The translations under genes were made by a program, and so were the position numbers. A stretch of DNA of 63,188 nt, counting the filler, from Octopus bimaculoides (lineage: Eukaryota), in the NCBI RefSeq assembly GCF_001194135.2. It is 7 parts of 6 records of this genome, joined end to end, with 100 filler letters (N's around TTAATTAATTAA, not from the genome) between each part and the next. Parts side by side here need not be neighbours in the genome. Positions count along the whole stretch, not along the records: positions 60,940 to 63,188 come from NC_068984.1; 6 more parts are not named here. One strand, 5' to 3'. Below, piece after piece: positions 62,536 through 63,188 of the stretch. The notes under the pieces were generated by a model. That model made no database searches, was not told where the DNA came from, and worked only from the letters and a program-made list of their open reading frames with translations. How positions within the stretch are numbered: position 1 is the stretch's first letter; the number at the start of each line of letters is the position of its first letter.

Positions 62536-62697
62536 CGACGAGCTTCTTTCAGTTTCCGTCTACCAAATCCACTCACAAGGCTTTGGTCGGCCCGAGGCTA
62601 TAGTAGAAGACACTTGCCCAAGGTGCCACGCAGTGGGACTGAACCCGAACCATGTGGTTCGTAAGCAAGCTACTTACCACACAGCCACTCCGACGCC
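62281..62697 (-). mobile_element. SINE family B, full length, young
   Basis: Near-consensus with CpGs intact. Confidence 0.9.
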
Positions 62698-62820
62698 TAT
62701 GAACGTTTATGCTTCTTTTTTCTTCTTTCTTTCCATCTCCTTATTTTTTTTACTCCCTTTCTCTATGTCTTCATCTTATTAATATATACCATTCTCATTT
62801 TGCCTATTTTTTGCCTATTT

Positions 62821-62876
62821 GTCTCTGATGACGGTATATCCCATATTCGAGGATATCCCAGAAACAGCAGTAAGAT
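62821..62876 (+). ncRNA. Near-intact type I hammerhead ribozyme motif
   Basis: GTCT-CTGATGA(62825-62831)-C-GG-T-ATATCC-catattcga-GGATAT-C-CC-A-GAAA(62861-62864)-CAGCAG-TA-AGAT; GUA cleavage triplet, 4-bp stem I. Confidence 0.7.
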
Positions 62877-63127
62877 TTTGAATTTCCTTCTATGATAATA
62901 TTGTATACGATTTGAGATGTTTGCCTTGGCTTAATGTTTCATATTCTGTTTAACAATTATATATCATCTGCATCGGAAACCTGCATTGGCTCCATAACTA
63001 CCGTCTCGGTCATAACCTTTGAGCCTCAGTAATCCGTTACAGCACTTAGCAAGCGTACCTAATAGTATAATGTAAACTAAAACCCCATTCTTTGTATATA
63101 TAATATATATATATATATATATGTATA

Positions 63128-63130
63128 TAT

Positions 63131-63188
<58 letters not shown>
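63128..63188. repeat. (GA)n microsatellite
   Basis: Directly visible. Confidence 0.95.

Noticed and set aside
62452-62782. Recurring ORFs such as ...RPEAIVEDTCPRCHAVGLNP...
   Set aside because: Translations of SINE family B, not a gene family.

Overview
AT-rich, gap-riddled eukaryotic scaffold dominated by microsatellites and interspersed repeats. The repeat families (tRNA-headed SINEs at very high density, (TA)n/(CA)n/(TACA)n tracts) point to an octopus-like cephalopod genome; this is inference. No host protein-coding gene can be called with confidence: almost all tracked ORFs are microsatellite or SINE read-through, and only a few low-confidence exon candidates exist. Well-supported content: (1) two abundant tRNA-derived SINE families plus minor ones; (2) Penelope-like element (PLE) relics with RT-thumb/GIY-YIG coding remnants; (3) R4/Dong-clade and HERO-like restriction-like-endonuclease retrotransposon fragments and an L1/Tx1-type ORF1; (4) Tc1/mariner relics (long-TIR Tc1, DD41D, DD34D mariner, MITEs), a Helentron-type non-autonomous element and a Helitron-like 3' end. 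The most interesting signal is a set of type I hammerhead ribozyme-like motifs (CUGANGA / stem II / GAAA / palindromic stem III / short stem I) at about 4.6, 13.3, 13.4, 25.5, 47.2 and 62.8 kb, plus a weaker one at 30.7 kb, from several unrelated sequence families. One is fused to a tRNA-like Pol III head, two form a head-to-head hairpin, one has a roughly 77-nt insert in stem II, and one is nearly intact. Six 100-bp gaps carry an artificial TTAATTAATTAA linker. All alignments, translations and folds were done by eye.
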